Notes: generated from the letters alone by a model not told the origin. A DNA stretch of 64,000 nt from an uncultured Bdellovibrionales bacterium (GCA_964530135.1 CAZGXN010000003.1:42942-106941), one strand, 5' to 3'; counted from the stretch's first letter, positions 1-9,328 are shown. Made by a program: numbers and translations.

Positions 1-670
1 CTTCGAGTGAACTCTCACGGTTTCCATCGGTTTTTGGCCAAAAGGCGATCAGGCTTGATTGAGGGAGGGCGGCAATGAAATGATCCTCTTTTCCGAGATC
101 AGTAAGTTTTTCCCAATTAGATCCGTCGGGATAGGCGATATTGAGCGAGCGCTCGCCGGTGGCGGGGTCGGTGTATTGGTAGAGGATGCGGTCTCCGAGA
201 CTCGTCCAGGTGAGTCGAGACATCTCTTTCTTGAGCGGTATGAAGCTTTTATTGCGGAGATTGGCATAGTACCAGAGGTCGCCACCAGGTTCTTTCATGA
301 GGATCAGGACGCTCAGCCGGTTTGGGGACCAGACGAGGCGGGCGGGGTGACTCTCGAGGCGTCCGAGTTGCGTGATGACTTCTTTGCCATCGAGGGTAGA
401 TTCTTTGAGGATATTGTCGCGTTTGGAGTAATAAAAGAGGCTGTTTTCGCCAGCGACGGGCTGGATGACACTCTCAGTGACGACTTGCTGGAAAACGACT
501 GGACGAGTAGCGGCCTCTGTCTCAAGGGCCCGTTTCTGATCGAGTTCCTCCTTTTTTTTTGGATCAGCGACGGGGTTAGCACTATTATTTTTGAAGGCAA
601 AGTTATACACCGCCAAAAAGATGAGGACGAGAAGAAAGAACGATCCGGAAATAATGAACAGCTTTTTCAT
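1..670 (-). CDS. Partial CDS (3' end lies beyond the window start). It has an N-terminal membrane anchor followed by a TolB-like beta-propeller repeat region. It is absent from the ORF track because there is no in-window stop.
   Basis: Hand translation from the ATG at 670..668 (reverse complement of cat) gives MKKLFIISGSFFLLVLIFLAVYNF...LVWSPNRLSVLIL...YQYTDPATGERSLNIAYPDGSNWEKLTDLG with no stop down to position 1. The opposite-strand ORF 59..754 is D/E/F-rich and looks like a shadow ORF. Confidence 0.55.
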   Translation of the reverse strand, partial: MKKLFIISGSFFLLVLIFLAVYNFAFKNNSANPVADPKKKEELDQKRALETEAATRPVVFQQVVTESVIQPVAGENSLFYYSKRDNILKESTLDGKEVITQLGRLESHPARLVWSPNRLSVLILMKEPGGDLWYYANLRNKSFIPLKKEMSRLTWTSLGDRILYQYTDPATGERSLNIAYPDGSNWEKLTDLGKEDHFIAALPQSSLIAFWPKTDGNRESSLE

Positions 671-707
671 GAATGGATGTTTCCGACGGTTTCAACACCT
701 AATTTCA

Positions 708-2096
708 CTACCATTCGGCATGGATATGGTCTGCTCGAGAATCATCGCAGCTGACATATACCGTAACACGGTTGACAGTGATATCACAAAGGACATTTGT
801 CGCCCCCACCCCCGCCCCTCTGAGTGCTGATTGGACGAGTGGCCACTGAGCCTTCGGCGCATCTGGCACGATATCGACAGCCCGTCCTTGATAGTGGGCG
901 CTATTTGGGGCATGGCTACCGCCAGTAAAGCTCGTAACCATAAAAGGATAGGTCGCCGCTACAGAGAGCAGACCACTGAGCATATTCGCACTCAGTCCCG
1001 TTGTCTGGGTGCACAGGCCAGTGCCAGGGCAGCCGTTTTGGCAGCGGGTAACTGGCTGATTAGTGGCTGCCTGGGACATTGAGAGTGTTGGGCTGATAGC
1101 TCCAGCGGTACCACTACAACTTCCGCTGGACGAAAGTCTGATGCCACTGCCACTCAAGCGTATCTGCTGAGCCAACTGAGCTGGTGTTGCCCATGTTCCG
1201 GTCACACTTCCGGTCGATGTCCCAGTTCCAGTGGTCGTTCCAGCGGCGGGGGCAGGGACGGTGGCGATGCTGACGGTTGGCAGTGAGAGATTGACGAAAT
1301 CAGGGTTGATCATGTAGAGGAAGAGCCAGGCCACGAGCGCGAGAATGAGGCCGAGGATCGCGTCAAAGATGATTGTCTTGGCGCTTTCCATCCGTGAGGT
1401 GTTGCCAGCCGAAGTCAGGTACATGAAGCCGCCGATCGTCAGCATAAAGACAACGGCGATGCCAATGGCCCAAAAAGCAAAGCGATAAATATCCTGGAGA
1501 TAGGTGTTGAAATTTCCAACGGTATTATCCGAACCCGGGATTTGTTCCAGGAGCTGATAGTTTAGGTAGCCGGGACTGGTAACGGTGATTAATGAAAGGG
1601 AAGTGTCACCCGCAGAACCGGTAGGTACACAGCAGCCATCAGCATTTGTCAGGAGTGTCGTTCGGCAGAGACCAATAAAAGATTCGGTTGAATCACTACA
1701 GCCGTTAGACCAAGGGACGGCACGGGTTCTACAGACACCCCCACTTCCTCCGCTGGCGACGGAACCTTCACAGCTACTCTCGGGTATCGAACGGCTCACG
1801 ATGGGGCCAGTGGCCGTGCTCGTAATCGGTACACAACAACCCTGTGTACCGGTGTTGTAGGTATCGCCACAGACACCGACAAAGCGCTCGGTCGCATCAT
1901 TGCAACCATCGAGCTGCATAATGAGCGGTCCGCGATCACGGCAAGTCCCACCCCAACCACCGGACGTCGGTGAATTGGTACAAGCACTGCTTGATATGAC
2001 ACTGTATGTTCCACTCGGCAGTGTTCCAGCACTGACCCCCGCTGGCAGGCCCGAGAGGAAGGCGGCAACAGCAAACAACGAAAAAATTTTTTTCAT
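708..2096 (-). CDS. Secreted, membrane-associated protein. It has a signal peptide, two roughly 50-aa Cys-rich repeats, a two-helix hydrophobic hairpin with VirB2/TrbC-pilin-like topology, a Thr/Gly-rich linker, and a C-terminal peptidase M15-like zinc hydrolase domain.
   Basis: The track ORF is 462 aa. The N-terminus is MKKIFSLFAVAAFLSGLPAGVSA. The repeats are C..GG.CR....GC.D.TE.F.G.C......GCCVP, seen twice. The hairpin is FAFWAIGIAVVFMLTIGGFMYL...IIFDAILGLILALVAWLFLYMI. The C-terminus has TGGSHAPNSAHYQGRAVDI and DHIHAEW, which match the M15 S.H..G.A.D and D..H.H zinc-ligand motifs. Confidence 0.6.
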   Translation of the reverse strand: MKKIFSLFAVAAFLSGLPAGVSAGTLPSGTYSVISSSACTNSPTSGGWGGTCRDRGPLIMQLDGCNDATERFVGVCGDTYNTGTQGCCVPITSTATGPIVSRSIPESSCEGSVASGGSGGVCRTRAVPWSNGCSDSTESFIGLCRTTLLTNADGCCVPTGSAGDTSLSLITVTSPGYLNYQLLEQIPGSDNTVGNFNTYLQDIYRFAFWAIGIAVVFMLTIGGFMYLTSAGNTSRMESAKTIIFDAILGLILALVAWLFLYMINPDFVNLSLPTVSIATVPAPAAGTTTGTGTSTGSVTGTWATPAQLAQQIRLSGSGIRLSSSGSCSGTAGAISPTLSMSQAATNQPVTRCQNGCPGTGLCTQTTGLSANMLSGLLSVAATYPFMVTSFTGGSHAPNSAHYQGRAVDIVPDAPKAQWPLVQSALRGAGVGATNVLCDITVNRVTVYVSCDDSRADHIHAEW

Positions 2097-2202
2097 AGAT
2101 TTTTCTTTTCCTCCTCATTATACACTGCTTTGTGAGAAGTTAAAGAAAGGACATCATCCCTGCATCGTGCTATGCGCCCCTGGAGTTTCTTTATCGGCGG
2201 GG

Positions 2203-3267
2203 CTAGAAATCCCAACTGCCATTCATGCTAGTGGATTGGGTATAGTTGACCACGGTAGTTTCGAAGAAATTCCCCTTATCACTATTGGTATCCTGGAGTC
2301 GATCGAGGTGTTTGTAGGGATTGGTTACGGCTTCTGGATAAAGCGGGTTGATGTTGAGCATAGCGAGGCGATTATTGGCGAGCCACCGAGTATACCCCTC
2401 AGTCGTCTCTCCATTGATGCCAGGGATACGATTGCCGAGGATGTGCTTTCCCCATTCGATCTCTTGTTTTACCGCCTCAGCCATCATGTCTCGGATCAGT
2501 GTTTCGTCATAGAGGGCGGGGAATTCTCGGCGAATTTCGCGGAGGATATTGGCAAAGATAGTAACATGGGTGAGCTCATCGCGTCGGATATATGCGATCA
2601 TCCGGCCGGTTGCCAGCATTTTCATATGATCGACGAGCGTGTCAAAGAACGCAAAGCCATTGTAGAAATAGAGTGATTCGAGGAGAAAGTTAGCAACAAT
2701 CCCGCGGAAAAAAGTCGTATCGGAAGGCTGATCAACGAAATCTTGGTAGATCTGGCCGATGTATTTGTTGCGCTCGAGGAGCGTTTTGTCAGTGCGCCAG
2801 AAGTAGTAGATCTCATCGCGTTCATTGCTGTCCACCACGGATTCGAGGATGGTGGCATAGGATTGGGAATGAATTGCTTCCTGATAGGCCTGGATTGCCA
2901 AGACGAGATTGACTTCCGGTGAGGTAACATAGTCAGCAAAATGCGGGAGATTGACCGTCTGGATCGAGTCGAGAAAAATCAAGAAAGAGAGAATCCCTTT
3001 GTAGGCAGTCTGTTCCTCTGGGGTGAGATCAGCATGAAACATGCGTGCATCATCCTTCAGACCAGAGACTTTTTCTGGCACCCAAAAATTCCCGATCATC
3101 ACCTGATAGAGGGATTTGGCCCAAGGATATTTTGTAGCATTGAGATTGAAGAGCCCGGTAGTCGTCCCCTTGATGATAGTTCGGACCCCGACAGCATCAT
3201 CACCCTTTGGGTTAAACATGAGGTTGCGTCGCATTGCTTCGGTCATAGCGGTGGGATAGAGAATCAA
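2203..3267 (-). CDS. nrdB: Ribonucleotide reductase class I beta (small) subunit.
   Basis: 354 aa with ferritin-like di-iron and radical-site regions (FLIFLDSIQ, EAIHSQSYA, VANFLLESLYFYNGFAFF). It sits immediately downstream of nrdA on the same strand. Confidence 0.85.
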   Translation of the reverse strand: MILYPTAMTEAMRRNLMFNPKGDDAVGVRTIIKGTTTGLFNLNATKYPWAKSLYQVMIGNFWVPEKVSGLKDDARMFHADLTPEEQTAYKGILSFLIFLDSIQTVNLPHFADYVTSPEVNLVLAIQAYQEAIHSQSYATILESVVDSNERDEIYYFWRTDKTLLERNKYIGQIYQDFVDQPSDTTFFRGIVANFLLESLYFYNGFAFFDTLVDHMKMLATGRMIAYIRRDELTHVTIFANILREIRREFPALYDETLIRDMMAEAVKQEIEWGKHILGNRIPGINGETTEGYTRWLANNRLAMLNINPLYPEAVTNPYKHLDRLQDTNSDKGNFFETTVVNYTQSTSMNGSWDF

Positions 3268-3337
3268 GAATTGAGGTACTCTTTGTTAAATCCAGAGTTT
3301 TGACGATTGCATCCTTCTGGATGCCGCACATTTTCTG

Positions 3338-5950
3338 CTAGCCACTACAGCTGACGCAGCCATCATTGACTTCGGCTGAGAGACTCCGGACATAGTAGAC
3401 GGTCTTGATGCCTTCTTCCCAGGCCTTCATGTAGTAGCTGTAGAGTTGGGCGGGGCTGACGCGCGACGGATCAATCATCCACTCAAAGGAAACGGACTGG
3501 TCAATCCAGGGATAGATAACAGCCATCATATCGATGACATCGCTCATATTCATGTTGATGTACTCTTTGTAGTACCAGAAGTTCTCCTTTGAGAGCTTGG
3601 GGGCGACTCGAAGCGTTGGAGCAGAGAGATTGGTTTCGACAAAGAATTTTTTGTAGATCGGGAGGAGTGCGGCAGTGGTACCGACGACACCTGCGGTTGA
3701 AGTGTTGGGTGCCGGAGCCGTATGATAGGCGAAACGGACACCAAAGTCCTGCATATCGGCAAAGAGTTGTTTCCATTCGGCCGCGAAGGGAGTGTTCTTT
3801 TCAAACCATTCACTGGAACGCCCGAGGAGCCGTCCTTGGGAATATTCACTCCCGGGGTAGAGCTCGTAGGTACCACGCTCTTTGGCTAGGTCGATAGAGG
3901 CCCGATATGTGTGGTAGGTGTAGCGTTCAAAGAGTCGGTCTACTTCTTTGCGCGCTTCCTCGGTGTCATAGGCGAGCTGGTGGGTGGCCAAGTATTCGGC
4001 CAGTCCGAGATAGCCGAGACCGACACTGCGGTAACGCAGAGAAGTTCGCTTTGCTTCCTGAATGGGGTAATAGTTGAGAGTGATGACATTGTCGAGGACA
4101 CGCATCACAATCGGAAAGACTTCGGCGATGACCGCGGGTTCGAATACAGTCGCGATGTTGATAGAGGCCAGGTTGCAAACAACGAGGTCGCCAGGCTCAT
4201 AACGAATGACAATTTTTCCATCTTCAATTACTTCCTCGATGAATTTGGTATCCGAAGTGTTTTGGCAAATCTCAGTACAAAGCTGTGTCGAATAGATATT
4301 TCCCGCATGTTTATTGGGATTGAGACGATTTACCGTATCACGAAAGAAAACATACGGCATACCTGTTTCAACCGTTGATTTGAGAAATTTCTTGAAAATC
4401 TCCTTGGCTTTTACGGTTTTTCGCATTTCTATTCGAGTATCTTGTTCGAGAGTGAGATAAAATTCCTCGAATGCTTTGTCGAAAGAGTCCTGAAGTCGTT
4501 TCCCATAGAGCTTCTCGATTTCGTGTGGATCAAACAGAGTGATGTCAGCGTCGTCTTTTAAGCGCTGCATGAAAAGGTCGGGGATAGAGACAGCCGGAAA
4601 GATGTCAAACGCTTTGGATCGGATATCGCCAGTCTCTGTCTGGAGATCGAGAAAGTCATAGATATCGAGATGCCAGATGTCGAGTGTGACGGAAATGGCT
4701 CCAAGTCGTGAGCCGAGCTGGTTGACGGCAACAGCGGTATCATTGATGACTTTGACCCAAGGATTCACTCCGCCAGACATACCTTTGACGCCGCGGATCG
4801 AGCTCCCCCGCGAACGGATATTGCCGAGGTATACACCAACGCCGCCGCCAAACTTGGAAATCTGAGCCATGTTCTCGATGGCATGATAGATGGCGCGCAA
4901 GTCATCATTGACATTAATTTTGAAGCAGCTCGATAGCTGATTGTGATTGGTGCGCGCATTGAGAAGGGTCGGCGTCGGGAGTGAGATGCGCTGTTCGGAA
5001 CAGTGTTTATAGATCTGGAGAGCAAAAGCCAATCGATGTTCAGGCTTTTCTGGAATCGCGAGAAATAATGCGACTGACATGTACATTTCTTGCGGCAGTT
5101 CCTTGATAATCTTGTTGGGATTGAGGAGGTAGCGTTTGATGAAGGAGACGACCGTTGTGTATTCGTAGCTGGTGTCGGTATCTCGTGAGAGGTGTCGTCC
5201 GGCTTCGAGGATATCTTCAGCGGAATAGTATTGATAGAAATCTTTGTAGTACAGTCCACGCTCGATATAATCATCAAAGAGTTTTTTGTAGGCTTCAGCC
5301 GAATAGATATCTTTTTGTTCCAAACCGCGGTTTTTGATCGCCTTTTTGTAGAGGTCGCCCAAAAGGATGCGGGCGGCGATATTTTGCCAAAAAATATTTT
5401 CTACTGTAACGAGATCAATGCAGGTTTTGACGAGGAGCTTGCTTAAGTCCGAGGTTTTGATTTCATCAACAATATTTTTTTTGAAGGCTTCGATGAGGTC
5501 TTCAAAAGTGCAGAGCGTTTCGTAGCCGCTGGCAGCTCGGTCGAACACTGCTTTGATTTTCTGGATACTAAACAGCTCCTTCGATCCATCCGCCTTGGTA
5601 ACCTTCATCGAGTGATGCTCGAACTGTTCGACCAATTTCTCTTTGCGCTCATCGCGTTTTTCGTTCTGTTTCTCTCGGTAGAGGATATAGGCTTTGGCGA
5701 TTTCATACTTCCCCTCCTTCATCAGGTGTTTTTCGACGAGATCTTGGATGGTTTCGACAGATGGAATATGAGTTTCGCTGCTGCCACAAGACAGAATCAA
5801 ATCTTCGATGACCGCATCAGTCATCTTGGGGATAAATTCCTTTTCAGTTTCTCCCGTGGCATCGCACGCGAGCGTGATGGCAGTCTCGATACGGGAGCGA
5901 TCAAAGGCAACCACCTCACCGTCCCGTCGTTTGATCTGATTCAGAGTCAT
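3338..5950 (-). CDS. nrdA: Ribonucleotide reductase class Ia alpha (large) subunit with an N-terminal ATP-cone.
   Basis: 870 aa. The ATP-cone is IKRRDGEVVAFDRSRIETAI. The catalytic core contains CNLASINI. The plus-strand ORFs inside this span are low-complexity shadows. Confidence 0.9.
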   Translation of the reverse strand: MTLNQIKRRDGEVVAFDRSRIETAITLACDATGETEKEFIPKMTDAVIEDLILSCGSSETHIPSVETIQDLVEKHLMKEGKYEIAKAYILYREKQNEKRDERKEKLVEQFEHHSMKVTKADGSKELFSIQKIKAVFDRAASGYETLCTFEDLIEAFKKNIVDEIKTSDLSKLLVKTCIDLVTVENIFWQNIAARILLGDLYKKAIKNRGLEQKDIYSAEAYKKLFDDYIERGLYYKDFYQYYSAEDILEAGRHLSRDTDTSYEYTTVVSFIKRYLLNPNKIIKELPQEMYMSVALFLAIPEKPEHRLAFALQIYKHCSEQRISLPTPTLLNARTNHNQLSSCFKINVNDDLRAIYHAIENMAQISKFGGGVGVYLGNIRSRGSSIRGVKGMSGGVNPWVKVINDTAVAVNQLGSRLGAISVTLDIWHLDIYDFLDLQTETGDIRSKAFDIFPAVSIPDLFMQRLKDDADITLFDPHEIEKLYGKRLQDSFDKAFEEFYLTLEQDTRIEMRKTVKAKEIFKKFLKSTVETGMPYVFFRDTVNRLNPNKHAGNIYSTQLCTEICQNTSDTKFIEEVIEDGKIVIRYEPGDLVVCNLASINIATVFEPAVIAEVFPIVMRVLDNVITLNYYPIQEAKRTSLRYRSVGLGYLGLAEYLATHQLAYDTEEARKEVDRLFERYTYHTYRASIDLAKERGTYELYPGSEYSQGRLLGRSSEWFEKNTPFAAEWKQLFADMQDFGVRFAYHTAPAPNTSTAGVVGTTAALLPIYKKFFVETNLSAPTLRVAPKLSKENFWYYKEYINMNMSDVIDMMAVIYPWIDQSVSFEWMIDPSRVSPAQLYSYYMKAWEEGIKTVYYVRSLSAEVNDGCVSCSG

Positions 5951-6005
5951 AGTGTTTATGTTAGCTGCTCACTCTTTGAAAACTTTGAAAAATATTGAGG
6001 ATCAC

Positions 6006-6599
6006 TCAACCAGCTGTCTTGGCGGTGAAACGCTTTTCGACAGTCGCCCAATCGACGGCTCGCATGAAAGCAGTAATATAATCAGCCCGCTTCAGTCCGT
6101 AGTCGAGAACGAAGGCGTGCTCGAAAACATCCATGACGAGGAGTGGTTTGGCACCGACGAGATGTCCCCCATCATGTTCATTGACCCAGATATTGTAGAG
6201 TTTCCCTGTCGCCTCATCTCCAACGAGGATCACCCAACCGATACCGCGCATTGCACCTGTACTGACAAAGTTTTTCTCCCAGTTTTCGATGCTGCCGTAG
6301 GCGGCGATGAGCTGCTCTCTCAATGATCCATTTGCGAGTACGGAGGTATCCTTCGTCATGGCATCGAAGTAGAGCTCATGCAAGCGCATCCCGTTCCATT
6401 CCCAACCAAAGCGCCGTTTTAATTCAGCAAATTCTGGCGTAGAGAACTCGCCTTTTTCGACGAGAGCCTTCAGTCTGTCCGAGAGTGCGTTCGTATTTTT
6501 TACATACCCCTCATACAGCGTGAAATGATTGGTGAGGAGTGTGTCAGAAAATCCAGTGAGTCCGATGAGGTGCGAGTAGTTTTTTGCACTGTAGGCCAT
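6006..6599 (-). CDS. sod: Fe/Mn-family superoxide dismutase.
   Basis: 197 aa, MAYSAKNYSHLIGLTGFSDTL...FEHAFVLDYGLKRADYITAF..WATVEKRF, with the typical SodA/SodB N- and C-terminal signatures. Confidence 0.85.
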   Translation of the reverse strand: MAYSAKNYSHLIGLTGFSDTLLTNHFTLYEGYVKNTNALSDRLKALVEKGEFSTPEFAELKRRFGWEWNGMRLHELYFDAMTKDTSVLANGSLREQLIAAYGSIENWEKNFVSTGAMRGIGWVILVGDEATGKLYNIWVNEHDGGHLVGAKPLLVMDVFEHAFVLDYGLKRADYITAFMRAVDWATVEKRFTAKTAG

Positions 6600-6603
6600 A
6601 AGA

Positions 6604-7293
6604 TTAAATTTTTCCGACGAGATCGATACCGGGCTTCAGAGTTTTACCGCCCTTCTTCCAGTTTGCGGGGCAGACTTCACCGCCGTGTTCACGGACGAAA
6701 ATCGCTGCCTCGAGTTTTCGGAGGAGTTCATCTGCACTGCGACCCACATTGTTTGCATGGATCTCATAGGCCTGGAGTACACCATCTGGATCGATGATGA
6801 AGGAACCGCGGAGCGCGAGCCCGTAATCCTCGTTCTTTGGATCGGTGATGAGGACACCGAATGCGTCCGAGATGTCGCCCGATGGATCAGCGATCATCGG
6901 ATACTCGAGTGTCTTGATTGCTGGTGAATGATCATGCCAGGCCTTGTGTGTGAATTTCGTATCAGTCGAGACCGAGAGGACTTCGGCGCCAAGCTCTTGG
7001 AACTTCTTATAGTTTTTCTGCATCTCTTCGAGCTCGGTCGGACAGATGAAGGTGAAATCCGCTGGGTAGAAGAACACGACCGTCCACTTAGCACGGAAAT
7101 CCGAGAAGTGCGCCTTGTGGAAAGACTCCTTCTGATAGTAATCGAACTCGAGGTCCGGCACCTTGCTTCCGATTACCGGGAAGTATTCTGGCATGTCGGT
7201 CGCCTGATTGTCGTCGCAGCATCCGCCGCCGCAGCAGCCTTCTTGCTGGTACATAAAGTTGGAAGAAAATGAGTTAAAAGTGTTGTTGTGCAC
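6604..7293 (-). CDS. Typical 2-Cys peroxiredoxin (AhpC/Tsa family). It may carry a Cys-rich N-terminal extension (CCGGGCCDD). The canonical start could be the internal MPEYFP.
   Basis: FFYPADFTFICPTELEEM contains the peroxidatic Cys and GEVCPANWKKGG the resolving Cys. MPEYFPVIGSKVPDLEF matches canonical Prx N-termini. The 32 codons upstream of it are in frame and encode MYQQEGCCGGGCCDDNQATD. Confidence 0.85.
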   Translation of the reverse strand: MHNNTFNSFSSNFMYQQEGCCGGGCCDDNQATDMPEYFPVIGSKVPDLEFDYYQKESFHKAHFSDFRAKWTVVFFYPADFTFICPTELEEMQKNYKKFQELGAEVLSVSTDTKFTHKAWHDHSPAIKTLEYPMIADPSGDISDAFGVLITDPKNEDYGLALRGSFIIDPDGVLQAYEIHANNVGRSADELLRKLEAAIFVREHGGEVCPANWKKGGKTLKPGIDLVGKI

Positions 7294-7448
7294 CCTTGAA
7301 ATTTGAGAGATGCTTCACCATGATAGTGATGTCAAATCGGGGTGTCAACTATTGCGCAAATCCCGCCTAAAATCACCAATGCAACAGTAAAAAATAGATT
7401 AATATACTACCTATAGTATATATAAACCATTAACAAGTACAACTGGCA

Positions 7449-7477
7449 TTGACATGCTTGATGACGAATGGCATACT
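7449..7477 (+). promoter_or_regulatory. Candidate sigma70-type promoter for rluD in the AT-rich divergent intergenic region.
   Basis: TTGACA at 7449-7454, a 17-nt spacer, then CATACT at 7472-7477. This lies about 60 nt upstream of the 7537 ORF start. Confidence 0.3.
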
Positions 7478-7536
7478 GGAGCTTGGCCGAAAAGAATAAT
7501 TTCGGGGAAAAGTAATGCAGGCTATTCGGTCGCTGA

Positions 7537-8547
7537 GTGGTCGAGCCAAGAGTCAATCAGAACAGTCTTATGTCAGAAGAAAAAAACTCTATTTTTGTAA
7601 AGGAGCGGCACAATGGCTGGCGTCTGGATCGTTTTTTACTCGATGCTTGTCGGCCCCTTACGCGTCCAGATGTCCAAACCCTCATTGAGTCAGGTGCGGT
7701 TGCGATTGATGGCAAGGTGATGGTGCGTTCTGGGCTTCGAGTAAAACCAGGGATGACAGTCCATGTGAGAGGCGTCGCTCGGGGGCGTAAGCCAGTGGTG
7801 GAAAAGACAGAGATGCCTCATCCCGTAGTTGTCGCTGAAACTGAGACTTTTCTTGTGCTTTCCAAACCGGCGGGTATTGCTATGCATCCAGCTGGTCATT
7901 CGCAACAATTGACGATTTCTGATTGGATATCCACGACTTATCCACAGATCGTGGGAATTGGTGATGATATAAAACGCCCGGGCATGGTGCACCGTTTGGA
8001 TAAAGACACCTCGGGTCTCATCCTTGTTGCTAAAACGCAGAAGTCGTTTTTGGCTCTAAAGAAGCTTTTTCAAGAGAGAAAGATTGAAAAAACCTATGTG
8101 GCATTGGTCTATGGAAATATCCCTGACCCAAGTGGTCGTATGAATGCACCAATTGGTCGGGTGAAGGGTGAGAAAAAACGGGCGATTCCCGCTGGAAAGC
8201 GTATATTCGCTGGATTACTGCGTGAAGCTGTAACAGAATACATGTTACACACACGCTATACAGGCTATGATTACCTATCTGTTAAGCCAAAAACTGGCAG
8301 AACCCATCAAATCCGAGTCCATTTGTCGGCACTGGGATACCCGATAGTCGGCGATCGGCTGTATCGCTTCAAAGAACACCGCCGTGATCCCCTCAAGCCC
8401 CCCTTTCAACTTCTCCACGCCGCCAATCTTCGTTTTCAGCTAGGAAAAAAGAAGTATTCCTATGCTGCCCCGTTACCCCGTTATTTTTCCGATACTTTGA
8501 AGATGCTTGACGCCGAGGCGGGAAGAGGCTATGATTGGAGCGCTTGA
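7537..8547 (+). CDS. rluD: RluA-family 23S rRNA pseudouridine synthase with an N-terminal S4 domain (RluD-like).
   Basis: S4-like region WRLDRFLLDACRPLTRPDVQTLIESGAVAIDGKV. Catalytic motif HRLDKDTSGLILVAKT. 336 aa. Confidence 0.8.
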   Translation: MVEPRVNQNSLMSEEKNSIFVKERHNGWRLDRFLLDACRPLTRPDVQTLIESGAVAIDGKVMVRSGLRVKPGMTVHVRGVARGRKPVVEKTEMPHPVVVAETETFLVLSKPAGIAMHPAGHSQQLTISDWISTTYPQIVGIGDDIKRPGMVHRLDKDTSGLILVAKTQKSFLALKKLFQERKIEKTYVALVYGNIPDPSGRMNAPIGRVKGEKKRAIPAGKRIFAGLLREAVTEYMLHTRYTGYDYLSVKPKTGRTHQIRVHLSALGYPIVGDRLYRFKEHRRDPLKPPFQLLHAANLRFQLGKKKYSYAAPLPRYFSDTLKMLDAEAGRGYDWSA

Positions 8548-8661
8548 GTAGCCTGCCTGATACGCTTCATGCGAGTCATGTGGGTGGGGCCTTTCTCTGA
8601 AATGGGGTCCCCTTTTTATTACTATAGTAATCTTCCGTCCATTCGGCAGAGTCACACTCCT

Positions 8662-9126
8662 ATGAATCAAAAACTTGTTGCCTTCAATCAGAATCTCCGA
8701 ACAGCGCGTACAGATCTCCCTCAGCTCCAAGCTGGCGATGTCGTGAAAGTGCGCCGAAAAATCAAGGAGGGAGAGAAAATTCGAACCCAGATGTTTCAGG
8801 GTATGGTCATCGCTCTCAAGGGCGGCCAGAGCTCTTCTCAGATGGTAACAGTTCGCAAGGTCTCTTCAGGGATTGGTGTTGAGATTATTTTCCCTCTCCT
8901 CTCCTCTCAGGTGGAGTCAATCGAGCTCGTAAAACGAACCAAGGCTCGGCGTGGTAAACTATACTTTGTCCGTACGAAGTCAGCCAAAGTTATTGGTAAA
9001 AAGCTTAAGGAGGTCCCATTTGAGATCGGGAAAGCGGGTAAGGAAGTAAAAGATGTTGTGAAAGAAGTGAGAGCAGCCGCTCAAGCGAGTGCTGAAGAGG
9101 TGAAGGTTGAAGCGAAGTCAGAGTAG
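8662..9126 (+). CDS. rplS: Ribosomal protein L19 with a Lys/Glu-rich C-terminal extension. The track ORF starts at 8569, but the likely true ATG is at 8662.
   Basis: MNQKLVAFNQNLRTARTDLPQLQAGDVVKVRRKIKEGEKIRTQMFQGMVIALKGG...IELVKRTKARRGKLYF is the canonical L19 fold. A roughly 60-aa K/E/A-rich tail follows. Confidence 0.85.
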   Translation: MNQKLVAFNQNLRTARTDLPQLQAGDVVKVRRKIKEGEKIRTQMFQGMVIALKGGQSSSQMVTVRKVSSGIGVEIIFPLLSSQVESIELVKRTKARRGKLYFVRTKSAKVIGKKLKEVPFEIGKAGKEVKDVVKEVRAAAQASAEEVKVEAKSE

Positions 9127-9244
9127 GGCGTGATTCTTGTGCCAAAATCCCGAGAGACTTTCATTTCTAAGCGAGGATGGACACAAGTTCAGGGAGGTTG
9201 TGAATAATGGAGATCAGTCTTTTGTAGTTTGAACAAAATTAGGG

Positions 9245-9328
9245 GCCCAGGTGGCGGAATTGGTATACGCGCTAGCTTGAGGTGCTAGTTCCCGCAAGGG
9301 ATTGGAGGTTCGAGTCCTCTCTTGGGCA
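9245..9328 (+). tRNA. tRNA-Leu (anticodon GAG), type II with a long variable arm.
   Basis: Acceptor stem GCCCAGG/CTTGGGC. Anticodon arm CTAGC-TTGAGGT-GCTAG. Variable arm TCCCGCAAGGGAT. T-loop TTCGAGT. Confidence 0.8.

Noticed and set aside
59-754. 231-aa plus-strand ORF at the window start.
   Set aside because: Its composition (D/E/F/G-rich, no motifs) and its position exactly antisense to a convincing minus-strand gene (670 to before 1) mark it as a shadow ORF.
1900-2676. 258-aa plus-strand ORF that overlaps the 5' end of the 708..2096 gene and the 3' end of nrdB.
   Set aside because: It spans an intergenic gap and two well-supported minus-strand genes and has no domain signal. It is a shadow ORF.
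3589-5998. Several 60-155-aa plus-strand ORFs inside nrdA.
   Set aside because: They are antisense to a high-confidence RNR alpha gene, and their sequences are Arg/Cys-rich or low-complexity.
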